Source: Candidatus Latescibacterota bacterium (GTDB taxonomy: Bacteria > Latescibacterota > UBA2968). From it: a stretch of DNA of 64,000 nt. Position numbers and translations under genes: made by a program. Below are positions 30,211 to 39,848 of this stretch, piece by piece. The DNA is taken from positions 4,288,001 to 4,352,000 of the forward strand of contig OZ242320.1 in the NCBI GenBank assembly GCA_965208125.1, read 5' to 3'. Position 1 is the stretch's first letter, and every line of letters begins with the position of its first letter. The notes below the pieces were generated by a model. The model saw only the letters and a list, made by a program, of their open reading frames with translations. It was not told the origin of the DNA and searched no databases.

Positions 30211-31338
30211 TCACTCGATGTCATGGAAATTTCTCCTTTCAAATGGTTCGATTTTATTATTCTCAACAATAACTGATGAACGATCTATTGGAGCAACATC
30301 AATTTCAACAACTAATATCTTTGGATCGTTGGTGTAAAAAACATTGTTCACAACAGTGTTATCCCTCCCTGTTGGAGCAGGGATATTTTTCTGATCAAGA
30401 TAGTCCACCCTTACTGGATCGTCCGTTTTTTTATTTAAAATCTGAATATATCGAGTCAGGTTCTTATTAGATCCGATGAATTTATTATCCTTTATGATGT
30501 TGGCAAATCCCGATAGTTTGACAACTTCTTTATTGTAGGATTTTTCATAACAGTATAGAATATTATTCTGGACGGTTACAAATGAGGCCGCGTATTTGAT
30601 ATCGATATATTGCCCCAGTAATCCCGGTCCCAATATGCTTTCCTCAATTATGATATTATGGGCTCTTGCCATTTTTCCTCTTTCTTCAAGCCCTTTTGAT
30701 GAACCAATATAAAAGCCTTCTCCTTCATGAGCGTTATAATCTTTATCCAGCCATTCTCCAATATGATGAATTTTCATTCTTCTAAAGGTGTTATGGTGAC
30801 TTTCATTCCTGACAGCTACAGCAGTGTTATGTGTATGATGTATATGCACATCTTCAATAACATTATGATGTGATCCCGATCCCAATAAATATAAACCGAT
30901 ACGAAAACCATGCGTGTTCCAATACCCCTTGTCCAGAGACACTTTCTTCCCGGTTATTTCTATGCGGGAAATGTTCCAGAACGAGCCACTTAGTTTGATT
31001 GCTACCAAATCCTCTTCCTTTTTTTGACCAACTGTGGAAATTACAGCATATCGACCCTGGCCTGTGCTGTCTTTTGATGTAAGGGTGATTCTGTTTTTAT
31101 CGGATCCATTTGCATGTAGCTTAAAACTCTTATCAATTTCATACACTTTGCCGCCCTGAAGCATAATCGTATCACCTGGCTTGACGGTATCCAATGCATC
31201 GTAAACATCCTTGCTTGTAGCGCATTGATAAATATCGCTAGCGTAAAGCACATTGATATTGGCAATCAACAGGGAAAAGGAAATAATTAAAGGGGGCAAG
31301 AGCCGTTTAGGGGCTAAATTGTTAATGACGTTTTTCAT
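30211..31338 (-). CDS. Secreted right-handed beta-helix protein (pectate lyase-like)
   Basis: Signal peptide; ALDTVKPGDTIMLQGG, HNVIEDVHIHH, GEGFYIGSS, IDIK; markedly AT-rich. Confidence 0.75.
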   Translation of the reverse strand: MKNVINNLAPKRLLPPLIISFSLLIANINVLYASDIYQCATSKDVYDALDTVKPGDTIMLQGGKVYEIDKSFKLHANGSDKNRITLTSKDSTGQGRYAVISTVGQKKEEDLVAIKLSGSFWNISRIEITGKKVSLDKGYWNTHGFRIGLYLLGSGSHHNVIEDVHIHHTHNTAVAVRNESHHNTFRRMKIHHIGEWLDKDYNAHEGEGFYIGSSKGLEERGKMARAHNIIIEESILGPGLLGQYIDIKYAASFVTVQNNILYCYEKSYNKEVVKLSGFANIIKDNKFIGSNKNLTRYIQILNKKTDDPVRVDYLDQKNIPAPTGRDNTVVNNVFYTNDPKILVVEIDVAPIDRSSVIVENNKIEPFERRNFHDIE

Positions 31339-31359
31339 ACATCCCTCACCATATCGTTC

Positions 31360-32148
31360 TCAGCCGACAAAGTCATGGATTCTTTGATATACGCTCAATT
31401 TGGCCTGATCCAATTCCTGCCCATATTCCTGGAAAAACAAAGGAATCCACTCATCCCCAAGATTTCTGCGAATGGTGTAGTGAGCTGCGACAAAATCGAG
31501 ATATCGATCTCCGACGCCCGCATAGCCCAAATCAATGTAGCCACTTAAACGGCCATCGTGGATCATAACGTTGGGTAGGCAATAATCCCCATGGGTGAAC
31601 ACCAGGTCCTCTGGTGGCAGGTCGGCCCTTATGCTGTCCAGCTCATCCCGAAGAACATTCCTCGTTTCACCATCTGGTATCTGACCGTCTAATACGCCTG
31701 AGTCAATCAAGCCTGTCGCCCACGCAAAATAGCGTTCCATGCGCCAATCCAGGGGGCACGAATCGACCGCTATTGCGTGAATTTCGCGAAGACCACGAGC
31801 GAACATGCGTACGAGACTCGGAATATCACTTTTGGCATCCTGGTGGATGCCAGATACACCAGTAATTTGGGTCATGAGCAGATACTGGGCATCATCTTTT
31901 TCGAGGAAGCAGACCACGCGAGGAACGTTCAATTTTCCCTGGAGCCAGGACATTGCCGTTTTCTCGGCCAGAAGATCGGATTCTTGTGGTGCCGCATGCG
32001 TATCTCGTGCTTTGAGGAACAAACTCTGTTTGCGTGGGTGAGTGTACCGGAACACATCGGCACACGATGATGTCCGGAGATTTTCCCCATCTGACTTAAA
32101 ATCAGCTAGATGGGCTTGAACAGCAGTTGGAAGATTTTCGACTTTCAA
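31360..32148 (-). CDS. Aminoglycoside 3'-phosphotransferase family protein
   Basis: LFLK, VPRV, LVFTHGDYCLPNVMI, GYIDLG.AGVGDRYLD. Confidence 0.88.
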   Translation of the reverse strand: MKVENLPTAVQAHLADFKSDGENLRTSSCADVFRYTHPRKQSLFLKARDTHAAPQESDLLAEKTAMSWLQGKLNVPRVVCFLEKDDAQYLLMTQITGVSGIHQDAKSDIPSLVRMFARGLREIHAIAVDSCPLDWRMERYFAWATGLIDSGVLDGQIPDGETRNVLRDELDSIRADLPPEDLVFTHGDYCLPNVMIHDGRLSGYIDLGYAGVGDRYLDFVAAHYTIRRNLGDEWIPLFFQEYGQELDQAKLSVYQRIHDFVG

Positions 32149-32193
32149 TGCGCAACTCCCGACTTGATCTCAACGATTGACCACAGGACCAGT

Positions 32194-32280
32194 TCATCTA
32201 CGCTGACCTTCGAATGCTAAACCTGGCCCCAATAGTGCAGTGACAGCGAAAATTCCAGAGAAAAACACGCTCCTCTTCAT
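32194..32280 (-). pseudogene. 5' stub encoding only a signal peptide
   Basis: AAGGA RBS then MKRSVFFSGIFAVTALLGPGLAFEGQRR*. Confidence 0.5.
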
Positions 32281-32291
32281 ATAGATAGTCC

Positions 32292-32441
32292 TTAACCCTT
32301 GCCAGTTCGTGGTTCACCTCCAAAACGGAGCAGGTTGCCGTCCAAATCTACGACATGCAACTCGCACGCCCAGGGATTATCGATCAACTCTCCTCTTATA
32401 TGCGCACCCGACGATGCAAACTCGTTGTGGGATGCCTTCAA
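32292..32441 (-). pseudogene. 3' half of a VOC/glyoxalase-bleomycin resistance gene
   Basis: LKASHNEFASSGAHIRGELIDNPWACELHVVDLDGNLLRFG...* (PW..E..V.D.DGN.LRF motif); N-half absent. Confidence 0.75.
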
Positions 32442-32448
32442 TCGCTAA

Positions 32449-32919
32449 TCAGACTGAGGTCAGGTCAAGGGCAAAATGAACCTCGCCGCCAAAATGACCT
32501 TCCTGATGGTGGGTGATACGAAAACCGAACCGTTTGTAGAACGCGATAACCTCAGACCATGTAGATGTCGTTTCCAGGACAATGCGTTGAAATCCCAACG
32601 TTTTAGCCTCCTGGCAGAGCCTTTCCAGTATTTGCCTACCAATCCCTCGTCTCCTAAACTCCTGTGACACGGACATCCTGACTATCTCTGCTACCTGGTC
32701 TGACTTCGGAATCAGCGCGCCCGAGCCAATAATCCTGCCATCAAACCAGGCGACGAGAAATGTGGCATCATCGTAGTAGGCACCGATGTCGTTCAAATCT
32801 GGATTTAAGGTTGGGTCATTTTCTCCCCAGTGTTCGGCAAGTCCAGCTAAAATCAGGCTCTGGACAGCTTCTTGATCCTCGCTCTCAAATGGCTTTATCG
32901 AGATTTGCTGTGCATCCAT
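32449..32919 (-). CDS. GNAT N-acetyltransferase
   Basis: AEIVRMSVSQEFRRRGIGR (motif A), LET, FYKRFGF. Confidence 0.9.
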   Translation of the reverse strand: MDAQQISIKPFESEDQEAVQSLILAGLAEHWGENDPTLNPDLNDIGAYYDDATFLVAWFDGRIIGSGALIPKSDQVAEIVRMSVSQEFRRRGIGRQILERLCQEAKTLGFQRIVLETTSTWSEVIAFYKRFGFRITHHQEGHFGGEVHFALDLTSV

Positions 32920-32936
32920 TCTATTTTCCTTGTCTT

Positions 32937-33953
32937 TCACTCCTGCCTCTTGGACAATCGCTTATATTCAAGAAATTTCTCTTGAACCAACCCTTTTGCG
33001 AAAAGATCCTTGCTCAGATCAAAGCCTTCCTCCATCGAATCTGTTCGTCCAAAACAGTAGAATGCTGCACCGGCATTCAAACAGACCATGTCCAGAATTG
33101 GTTCAGGGGTCTGGTACTGTAAAAGAGATAGGAAGATTTCTGCATTCTCATCACTTTCACCACCTGGAATCTCACTGTAATCCCGTTTGGCTATCCCAAA
33201 ATCTGAAGGCGAAATTTGGTATTCCCTGGTCACACCTTCAGCCACTTCAAAGATATGCGTGTGCCCAGAAATGGAGATTTCATCAATCCCTGGCTCTCCG
33301 ACAACAATCAAGAAGCGTTTGCGCCCAAGATGGCGGAGCACTTCTACCAGTTGTCTGCCCATATCGACATCAATTGTTCCGAGTATCTGATATTGAGGAT
33401 TGGCAGGATTGCATAATGGAGCGCTGAGATTGAAAATCGTCCTCCTGTCAACCATTTGTCTGGCAGTCACAACTTTTTTCATTACTGGGTGGTATGTGCG
33501 GGCAAATAGAAAACACACATTTGTTCTCTTGAAAATGTCTTCCAATCGGTCGTCTTCGAAATCAAACTCGCAGTCGAGTTTCTCCAGCAAATCAAAGCTT
33601 CCATTCGGTCTCTTTGAGCCTTTATTGCCGTGTTTCACAACCGGAACGCCACCAGCAGATAAAACGAACGCGGCAGTTGTCGATACGTTGAATCGATTTA
33701 AACCACTTCCACCTGTTCCACACGAATCAATGACGTTGGAAGAGAGAGGTACAGGTCTTGCTTTGGTCAATAAAGCTCTCGAAAATCCAAGAATTTCATC
33801 GGCAGTCTCGCCCTTCTCAGAGAATGCTATGAGCAGTTCTGCGATCTGTTTGTCTGGCAGGTTATTTTCCAGGATTGCACTCAGACATTGTTCAGCTTCA
33901 TCGGCCTGGAGAGATTCACCCTCACTGAGTTTATCAACGTATTTCGAGATCAT
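32937..33953 (-). CDS. trpD: Anthranilate phosphoribosyltransferase (stand-alone)
   Basis: KGETADE, DSCGTGGSG..FNVST, VVKHGN, YHP, RTIFN, PLCNPA, DEIS, LNAGAA. Confidence 0.85.
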   Translation of the reverse strand: MISKYVDKLSEGESLQADEAEQCLSAILENNLPDKQIAELLIAFSEKGETADEILGFSRALLTKARPVPLSSNVIDSCGTGGSGLNRFNVSTTAAFVLSAGGVPVVKHGNKGSKRPNGSFDLLEKLDCEFDFEDDRLEDIFKRTNVCFLFARTYHPVMKKVVTARQMVDRRTIFNLSAPLCNPANPQYQILGTIDVDMGRQLVEVLRHLGRKRFLIVVGEPGIDEISISGHTHIFEVAEGVTREYQISPSDFGIAKRDYSEIPGGESDENAEIFLSLLQYQTPEPILDMVCLNAGAAFYCFGRTDSMEEGFDLSKDLFAKGLVQEKFLEYKRLSKRQE

Positions 33954-34021
33954 AGGTGATGCTTCCTATTTACAAAAAAGAGCAGGTGGACCTGTTAGAA
34001 GCGGTGGCGGCTCGACGCCTT

Positions 34022-34202
34022 TTACATCCGTTTTGGAGCGTGCGATTCCAGCAAAAACGCAAAGGTCACAAAGAGTGCAAGGAATGCCGGAAGGACTGCC
34101 AGCAACAATGGATAGGCCATTTCGCCTGTCATCCCGAGTGCTGCGACTCCAAGCAGCCCCCATCAAGCCGATGGCATACATCCTGTGCAGGTCAGATATC
34201 AT
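34022..34202 (-). pseudogene. Frameshifted or partial small membrane protein
   Basis: MISDLHRMYAIGLM, then another frame gives hydrophobic GLLGVAALGMTGEMAYPLLLAVLPAFLALFVTFAFLLESHAPKRM*; frames switch at a G5 run. Confidence 0.45.
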
Positions 34203-34257
34203 TATCTATGCCTTGTCAGTTAGTTATAGAAGATATATTGAGCCGCCAATCCAAATC

Positions 34258-34278
34258 TCATAACGGTCTCAGCTTACG
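34258..34278 (-). other. attC-like right half-site
   Basis: Minus strand CGTAAGCTGAGACC-GTTATGA; no matching left arm. Confidence 0.4.
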
Positions 34279-34288
34279 TATTTAATAT

Positions 34289-34326
34289 AAAAAATAAAGG
34301 AGACTACGAGTTCTTCCGTAGCCTCC
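34289..34326 (-). terminator. Rho-independent terminator
   Basis: GGAGGCTACG-loop-CGTAGTCTCC (10-bp stem, one G-U) followed by TTTATTTTTT, just after the stop at 34350. Confidence 0.85.
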
Positions 34327-34349
34327 ACTGATGATCTTGCCAATGTGTT

Positions 34350-35492
34350 TCACTTTTTTAAATAGAACTTTTGATCCATTGAAATGGGCTTTGTTTTTAA
34401 GAGGGGGACGGCAAAGCTGTGAATATCCTCTATCATAGCTACAACAAATGTCTCATCCACTCGCCTGCCCCAGTAGAATCCATGGTCTTTGCCTGGATAA
34501 ATTTTCACTTCGACCGTTTTTCTTCCTTTCCTAATCGCAGGAATAATATAATCCATATTGACGTGTTTCAAAGGATGGACATCTCCGTGAAGGACGAGCA
34601 GGGGAGTTTGGAAACGGCTTACTTTGTCTTGAACTTTGGCAATGATATCTGGTGTCCAAAACTTCGCAGGATCGTTGATTGGCTCATATCGAACCGCCTG
34701 GTTAGCTGCGGGTTTCGTCAACATCCCTGCAAAAATAATCGAAGCAGGTTCTCCAGCAACTGCCGCGCTTACAGAGGTTCGACTGATCAGATCCAGCGTC
34801 ATACTACCCCCTCCACTACCCCCCATTACGACAATACTTTCGGAATCCACCTGATCGAGCTTTCGCACAGCTTCTACAATGGCCAGAAAATCCAGAATTG
34901 GTCCTTCAGCCTGTGGATTGTTGGTATAATCCCGACGCGTAGCCTGAACAGTCACATAGCCCAGTGTTAAAAATCGGGTTTGAATGGGCCCTCCTGTCAG
35001 ATTTTCCTGTCGTCTTTCCTGGTTCTGGTATCCGAGACCACCGTGCATAAAGACAATTGCAGGAAACGGCCCATCGCCTGGTGGTACGCGATAAGATGCT
35101 TCTGCAGTTGCTCCATCGTCAGAAGGTGTGCGTAGTTCGTGAATGGGTGAAATAGCTAATGGTATTGACACCGGTTTTACGCCCTCAGCCAATGGAGAAT
35201 TTTCATTGTCACCAGCCATCAGGCGCTGTTCTTCTTCAGTATATTCCCTTTCAGGAGGTGTTGGGTTCAAGCCAAACTCCTCTCGAGAAATAAAGCCGTC
35301 TTTGTTCGAATCCCGTCTATCGAAATTCGCCGCATTACCACTAAACTCTTCCCTGGAAATTCGACCATCCTTATTTGTATCACGCCGAGCGAAGTTTCTC
35401 TCACGCCGTTGTTCCCCGCTTTCATTGGCATCCTGAGCCAGGACAGGCACAGTAAAAAGAAGCACTAACAAAACACTCCGTACAAGGGTCAT
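34350..35492 (-). CDS. Secreted alpha/beta hydrolase with two N-terminal EF-hands
   Basis: Signal peptide; DTNKDGRISREE and DSNKDGFISREE; GPFPAIVFMHGG, GGSGG nucleophile, HGD, GKDHGF. Confidence 0.85.
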   Translation of the reverse strand: MTLVRSVLLVLLFTVPVLAQDANESGEQRRERNFARRDTNKDGRISREEFSGNAANFDRRDSNKDGFISREEFGLNPTPPEREYTEEEQRLMAGDNENSPLAEGVKPVSIPLAISPIHELRTPSDDGATAEASYRVPPGDGPFPAIVFMHGGLGYQNQERRQENLTGGPIQTRFLTLGYVTVQATRRDYTNNPQAEGPILDFLAIVEAVRKLDQVDSESIVVMGGSGGGSMTLDLISRTSVSAAVAGEPASIIFAGMLTKPAANQAVRYEPINDPAKFWTPDIIAKVQDKVSRFQTPLLVLHGDVHPLKHVNMDYIIPAIRKGRKTVEVKIYPGKDHGFYWGRRVDETFVVAMIEDIHSFAVPLLKTKPISMDQKFYLKK

Positions 35493-35567
35493 TTTTTTCC
35501 TATGGCGTCCAATGTGCAATTCGAAAAATAAGAGACTTGCAGAATATATTGCGGTGGATCTTATAAG

Positions 35568-36656
35568 TCAAAGCCTATCACCATTCGACAGCCGTGCGAC
35601 CTCCCCGCGCAGTCGGGCATTCTCTGTTACGATCTTGCCAGCGCGAATGTCCGCCTCTCTGAACTTTGCCATGAAAACCGCTCCGTTTGGCGTGCGATTG
35701 TAATCATAAATGATGTAGATTGTTCCATCGCCTGCCTGCACGCCATCGGGATAGGTGACCTTCTCCCGTTCATCCAGCATGAGTCCGCCCTGCCACGTCT
35801 GGCCTTCATCGTCGGATACAAACGCCACCAGTTTCTCGCGTCTCGTTTTTTCGGCCATGGATCCATGTTTGACCAATAACAATGCGCCAGACTTCAAACG
35901 ACGCACAAAAAATCGGGTGGTAGGATGTGGTATTTTAAGACGTTCAACGGGCGTCCAGGTCTTTCCAAGATCGTGAGAAACTGTCTGACCGATGCCACGG
36001 ACTCGTACCAGCATCCAGAGTGAGCCATCCTTTCGCTCAACAATCATCGGTTCATCAGGCCCCCGCAATTCCGCGTTGACAATATTGGCAGTACCCCGAA
36101 GCTCGAAGGTCTTACCCTGATCGCGCGAGGCATAGACCTTGATGCTGTTGTCAGTCTTCCATACAGACGAGGTAAAGAGCCAATCGCCATTCGATAGTAC
36201 CGTTGGTTTGTTCAGCATGATGCCATTACCTAATCGACGCGGTTTCGACCATGTTGGATTCTCAGCATCTGGATTGCTGGTGACAATAGTCCATATGCCG
36301 TAACGGCCATCCTGTTGACCAAAACTCTGTCCCCAGAAAACCCACATCCGATCTTGTGGGTCGGTCCAGATGGAAGCGGACATAGCCCGAACGTCCCTAC
36401 AGGGCAGTATCATGACTTTTGGATCTGACCAGGTGTGTCCATCGTCATCACTACGAATCAAGATCTGGTAGTTTCGCGGGCTTTCGACATCCCGCCCGTA
36501 AACTACCCACAACCGCCCCTTTGCGGTGCGTTCGATGCCTGGCACGCCCTGTCGTGTGGTCGGCGGCACATGCTGTTTCCACGGATTGACAATGACCGTC
36601 GCCGGTTCGAGTGCAATATCGGCATCACGCTGTTTCTCTAGTTCTGCATCTGTCAT
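35568..36656 (-). CDS. BNR/Asp-box sialidase-like protein
   Basis: QGVPGIE, SDDDGHTW, SRDQGKTF, SHDLGKTW, SDDEGQTW, VTYPDG, IIYDYNR. Confidence 0.88.
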   Translation of the reverse strand: MTDAELEKQRDADIALEPATVIVNPWKQHVPPTTRQGVPGIERTAKGRLWVVYGRDVESPRNYQILIRSDDDGHTWSDPKVMILPCRDVRAMSASIWTDPQDRMWVFWGQSFGQQDGRYGIWTIVTSNPDAENPTWSKPRRLGNGIMLNKPTVLSNGDWLFTSSVWKTDNSIKVYASRDQGKTFELRGTANIVNAELRGPDEPMIVERKDGSLWMLVRVRGIGQTVSHDLGKTWTPVERLKIPHPTTRFFVRRLKSGALLLVKHGSMAEKTRREKLVAFVSDDEGQTWQGGLMLDEREKVTYPDGVQAGDGTIYIIYDYNRTPNGAVFMAKFREADIRAGKIVTENARLRGEVARLSNGDRL

Positions 36657-37072
36657 GTTGTTTTTCTCAATCTGGGCACCTGAGATACAAACTCACGATA
36701 AAGTCCTTCAATGTCCTCGACGCCTACCCAAACCATCCATTCTCTTGCATGATCTGAAAGGATGACTACATCCATCTTCTCCGCCAGCGATGTAACGAGT
36801 GCGATTGCGCGATTGTCGGATCGAAGAAGGTTCCGCCTTATCGTTTCTCTCAGCCCCTCTACGGTGATTGGCCAGCAATTCTCGGAGATTATCTCGCTGA
36901 GATACTCGTCCTCCGTTATACGCCCCACGAACAAAGTTGCGAGCATATTCCCACCAAAGCATGGCAAGATTTCATCTTGTGGCATTCCCTGTATTGGCTG
37001 AAGTTCTACTTCTATTCCGTACAGGCCAGAAACAAGTACCTCAGAGAGATCGGAAATGATGAGCCTTATCAT
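36653..37072 (-). pseudogene. Truncated HAD phosphatase fused to an internal VOC fragment
   Basis: HAD motif I (IISDLSEVL) and II (ILSDHAREW), motifs III/IV missing; continues as VWVGVEDIEGLYREF, a glyoxalase/bleomycin-like segment. Confidence 0.7.
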
Positions 37073-37340
37073 GGTCTGTGATTCTTTCGGCAAATAAGCC
37101 TTGTGGTTTCAAAGCCGAATGGCAGGTAATGTCTTCGACATGCCCGAATTGGGATGGTTGGGCGTCTTTCAATTAATACGGCATCCTATCCGTTTCCATC
37201 AAGATTGCCCTTGAAGCCAATCTTGAACTGCTAGACCAGCGCCGAATGACCAGGGTCGTAATTCCTTTAGATCAGGTCTCTGCTATGGTTAATGCCACCA
37301 TGGTATGATGTTTTTCTTATTGAAGATAAGCTGCACTTGC

Positions 37341-37366
37341 GCCTAACGGCTGCTATTGCCGACGCA
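37341..37366 (-). other. attC-like right half-site
   Basis: Minus strand ...CGTCGGCAATAGCAGCC-GTTAGGC (exact GTTRRRY), about 30 nt after a stop; left arm absent. Confidence 0.45.
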
Positions 37367-37378
37367 GGTGTGACCATT

Positions 37379-37975
37379 TTACCACTCATCCAGATTGCGA
37401 TCAAAAAAACTCATAATAGCCCTGGAATCCGGCCTATCCATATAAGCCATGTCTGAAAAATAACATCTACTATCGAGATCGCACATTATCGAATTTAGAG
37501 GCGCACCAGGAATAGTTTTTTGGCTCTGATTTGAAGTAAATAGCACTTCCATTTGCCAACTATGAAGAAGGGGTGCAGCCTCACTGTGAACCAGAGCAAT
37601 ACAATTGTTCCAGGTGCCAAAAGTTGAGTCACCAACAGAACGTATTTTTTTTACATAATGGTCAATAATCTGCTGATCTGTGACCGCTTGCTCATGGGAA
37701 AAAATTCGCCGAACAAAAACGTTAGGTTGCTCCTTATTTGACAATCCATTGATCTCCAGCCCAGAATCGATCGCAAAAGACGGGAGGCCCGATGCTTGAT
37801 AATAAGCTATTGCCTTTTTGATCGCATTCTTTTCAGGGGTATCACCGTCTTCAGTTACATCTAATTTTAGTCCCAATTGGATAGGGTCTATAATTTCCAT
37901 TGAAAACGGCGATAAAATATGTCTAACATGACGAATTTTTTCTTTATTGGTCGTTCCAAATAGAATCTTCTTCAT
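37379..37975 (-). CDS. HAM1/ITPase-like non-canonical purine NTP pyrophosphatase
   Basis: FGTTNKEK, EDGDTPEKNAIKKA, DSGLEI..L..EQP; AT-rich; lacks the canonical C-terminal SHR. Confidence 0.75.
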   Translation of the reverse strand: MKKILFGTTNKEKIRHVRHILSPFSMEIIDPIQLGLKLDVTEDGDTPEKNAIKKAIAYYQASGLPSFAIDSGLEINGLSNKEQPNVFVRRIFSHEQAVTDQQIIDHYVKKIRSVGDSTFGTWNNCIALVHSEAAPLLHSWQMEVLFTSNQSQKTIPGAPLNSIMCDLDSRCYFSDMAYMDRPDSRAIMSFFDRNLDEW

Positions 37976-38106
37976 TGAAAATTAAACCTCTGTTCTGTAT
38001 AGAGTTAAAACAGTATTTTTTTCTGAATGGATTCAAGATTTTCCTGTCCATAGGATCTCCACGCGATCAGAGGTGCGCTGTTTCTTCAGCGAGTTTTATC
38101 TCGATA

Positions 38107-38520
38107 TTATGATTGCTCTTCATCTGCATCATGAAAATCAAAAAAGGTCAATATGTCATCCCGATCCGAAAATCCACGCGCCGCTTTCATTTTTTTAAGC
38201 TCAGGAGTAGAATCGTCGCGCCAGCCACGCTTTTCCATGAATTGATTCCAAATTTGAATTTCTTCATTATTGGGACGCCTGCCATTCTCAAAACACCATT
38301 CCAGTATCTCTTCATCAGTTCCACCAAGAAGCACCCTTCGAACTAACGCGTCGTAGTCTATTTGAAGAAAGCGAAGGCATCGACTATCAAGTCCAAACCC
38401 ACGATTGTAGTCGTCCGGAAGCTTGCCTTGAGCGTGAAGTCGAATTTTGTCCAGCATTCGTCCGAAGAATACGATCTCTTCTACTTTTTCGTAAGAACTC
38501 CTCAAGTTGGGAATCTGCAT
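38107..38520 (-). CDS. DUF5069 family protein
   Basis: LRS.YEKV..IVFFGRMLDKIRL...GKLP.DY..G.GLD..CLRFL.IDY, TFFDFHDADE. Confidence 0.8.
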   Translation of the reverse strand: MQIPNLRSSYEKVEEIVFFGRMLDKIRLHAQGKLPDDYNRGFGLDSRCLRFLQIDYDALVRRVLLGGTDEEILEWCFENGRRPNNEEIQIWNQFMEKRGWRDDSTPELKKMKAARGFSDRDDILTFFDFHDADEEQS

Positions 38521-38559
38521 ATAGTATTTCTCCTGAGATCAGGCGAGCCAAGAGTATAA

Positions 38560-38973
38560 TCAAAGCCTTTGCTGTTGCTTAAGTTGGGGGACAATGTACT
38601 TTCGCAAGATAGGGTTCAGTGGATATTTTCCTGATTCGAGATCCTCCATAGATGCCCAGACGATCTCAAGCACTTCGTCTCGGTCTGGAATAGGTTCTCC
38701 CTCAAAATCTGTTACGTAAGCTCGAATTCTAACTATGTACCGCTCATCGGTTCTTGGAGGGGAGGTTATGCGCGCGTATTCGCCGAAGAATTCAGGATCT
38801 GTGGGGGTTATGTTGAGTTCTTCCATCAGTTCTCTACGTAAGGCATCCAAATCCGACTCACCGTTCTCGACTTTTCCGCCAGGCAAGAGGTAGTCGTCAA
38901 TGCCATCACACTTGACGAGTAAGAGTCCCTCTTGCGTGATCAGAATCCCTGAGATACGATCGATAGTCTTCAT
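38560..38973 (-). CDS. NUDIX hydrolase
   Basis: PGGKVENGESDLDALRRELMEELN (Nudix box). Confidence 0.9.
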   Translation of the reverse strand: MKTIDRISGILITQEGLLLVKCDGIDDYLLPGGKVENGESDLDALRRELMEELNITPTDPEFFGEYARITSPPRTDERYIVRIRAYVTDFEGEPIPDRDEVLEIVWASMEDLESGKYPLNPILRKYIVPQLKQQQRL

Positions 38974-39012
38974 TCTTTTCCTCACAAAAGCCAGTTTACC
39001 ACTCATCCAGAT

Positions 39013-39756
39013 TCAGTCAGTCTTCTTGAGAATAGACCGGGTGAGATCTGAAAGACATACTCGCTGCTTACCCTGCTTGTCAAAATTGTCTGGGGCTAAC
39101 CATGTGACGAAGGCTTTCTCGAGTTGAGGCCACTCTGAATCAATCGCTGCGTACCATGCGGTGTCGCGATTTCGCCCGTTATAGACCTTTGCTTGGCGAA
39201 AAATTCCTTCAAACGACAATCCCAGGCGTTGAGCGGCCGCACGCGATGATTTGTTCAGGCTGTCGCATTTCCACGAATAGCGTCGATAGCCCAATTCGAA
39301 TGCCTTCTTCATCATCAGGTACATGGATTCGGTGGCAGTTCGCGTCCTCTGCAACTGTGGGGAATAGTGGATATGCCCCACCTCAATAGCACCGCTTGAA
39401 GGTTCGATGTTGACATAGCTCGCAACACCACAGGCTGACTCTGCACCCTTGTCCACGATTGCAAAGAATAGAGGGTCTTCCGACAGACACGTCTTGGTCA
39501 TCCAGTCCCGGTAGCTATCTTTGTCGGAGAATGGACCGTATGCCAAGTATGTCCAACTCCTACCATCCTTATCAAAGGCGTTAGCCTGATACAGGTTATC
39601 AAGATGGCTATCGACTTGAAGTGGTTCCAGCCGACAGAAGCGGCCTTCCATGCATTCTCGCGGTGGATTGGGGGGTGGTGTCCAATCCGGTAGTGCGAAG
39701 CTGATTGGCTGTCCAAGACTATTGGTAATTTCGTTCATAAAGTTAGAAATTTGCAT
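39013..39756 (-). CDS. GNAT acetyltransferase, RimJ/RimL-like
   Basis: NSLGQPI, WTYL.YGPF, IEVGHI.YSP.LQRT, GYRRYSWKCDSLN, RNRDTAWYA. Confidence 0.9.
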   Translation of the reverse strand: MQISNFMNEITNSLGQPISFALPDWTPPPNPPRECMEGRFCRLEPLQVDSHLDNLYQANAFDKDGRSWTYLAYGPFSDKDSYRDWMTKTCLSEDPLFFAIVDKGAESACGVASYVNIEPSSGAIEVGHIHYSPQLQRTRTATESMYLMMKKAFELGYRRYSWKCDSLNKSSRAAAQRLGLSFEGIFRQAKVYNGRNRDTAWYAAIDSEWPQLEKAFVTWLAPDNFDKQGKQRVCLSDLTRSILKKTD

Positions 39757-39848
39757 ATGGTATTTCTCCTGTCTCAGGCCCGAAGTGCATCCGTATTCGG
39801 TAAATAGAAAAGCCTTCAAACATAATTCTATAGACAAGTAGGCAGCGT

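Noticed and set aside
31360-32148. Calling the APH/GNAT genes clinical antibiotic-resistance determinants
   Set aside because: Only family-level motifs are visible; substrates are unknown and no gene symbol is justified.
33960-34021. trp attenuator upstream of trpD
   Set aside because: No Trp-rich leader peptide and only a weak 4-bp core stem.
37114-37163. Possible degenerate full attC (GCCCAAC...ATTCGGC)
   Set aside because: The ends pair, but the inner arms pair poorly and GTT is mutated; mentioned only as weak support.
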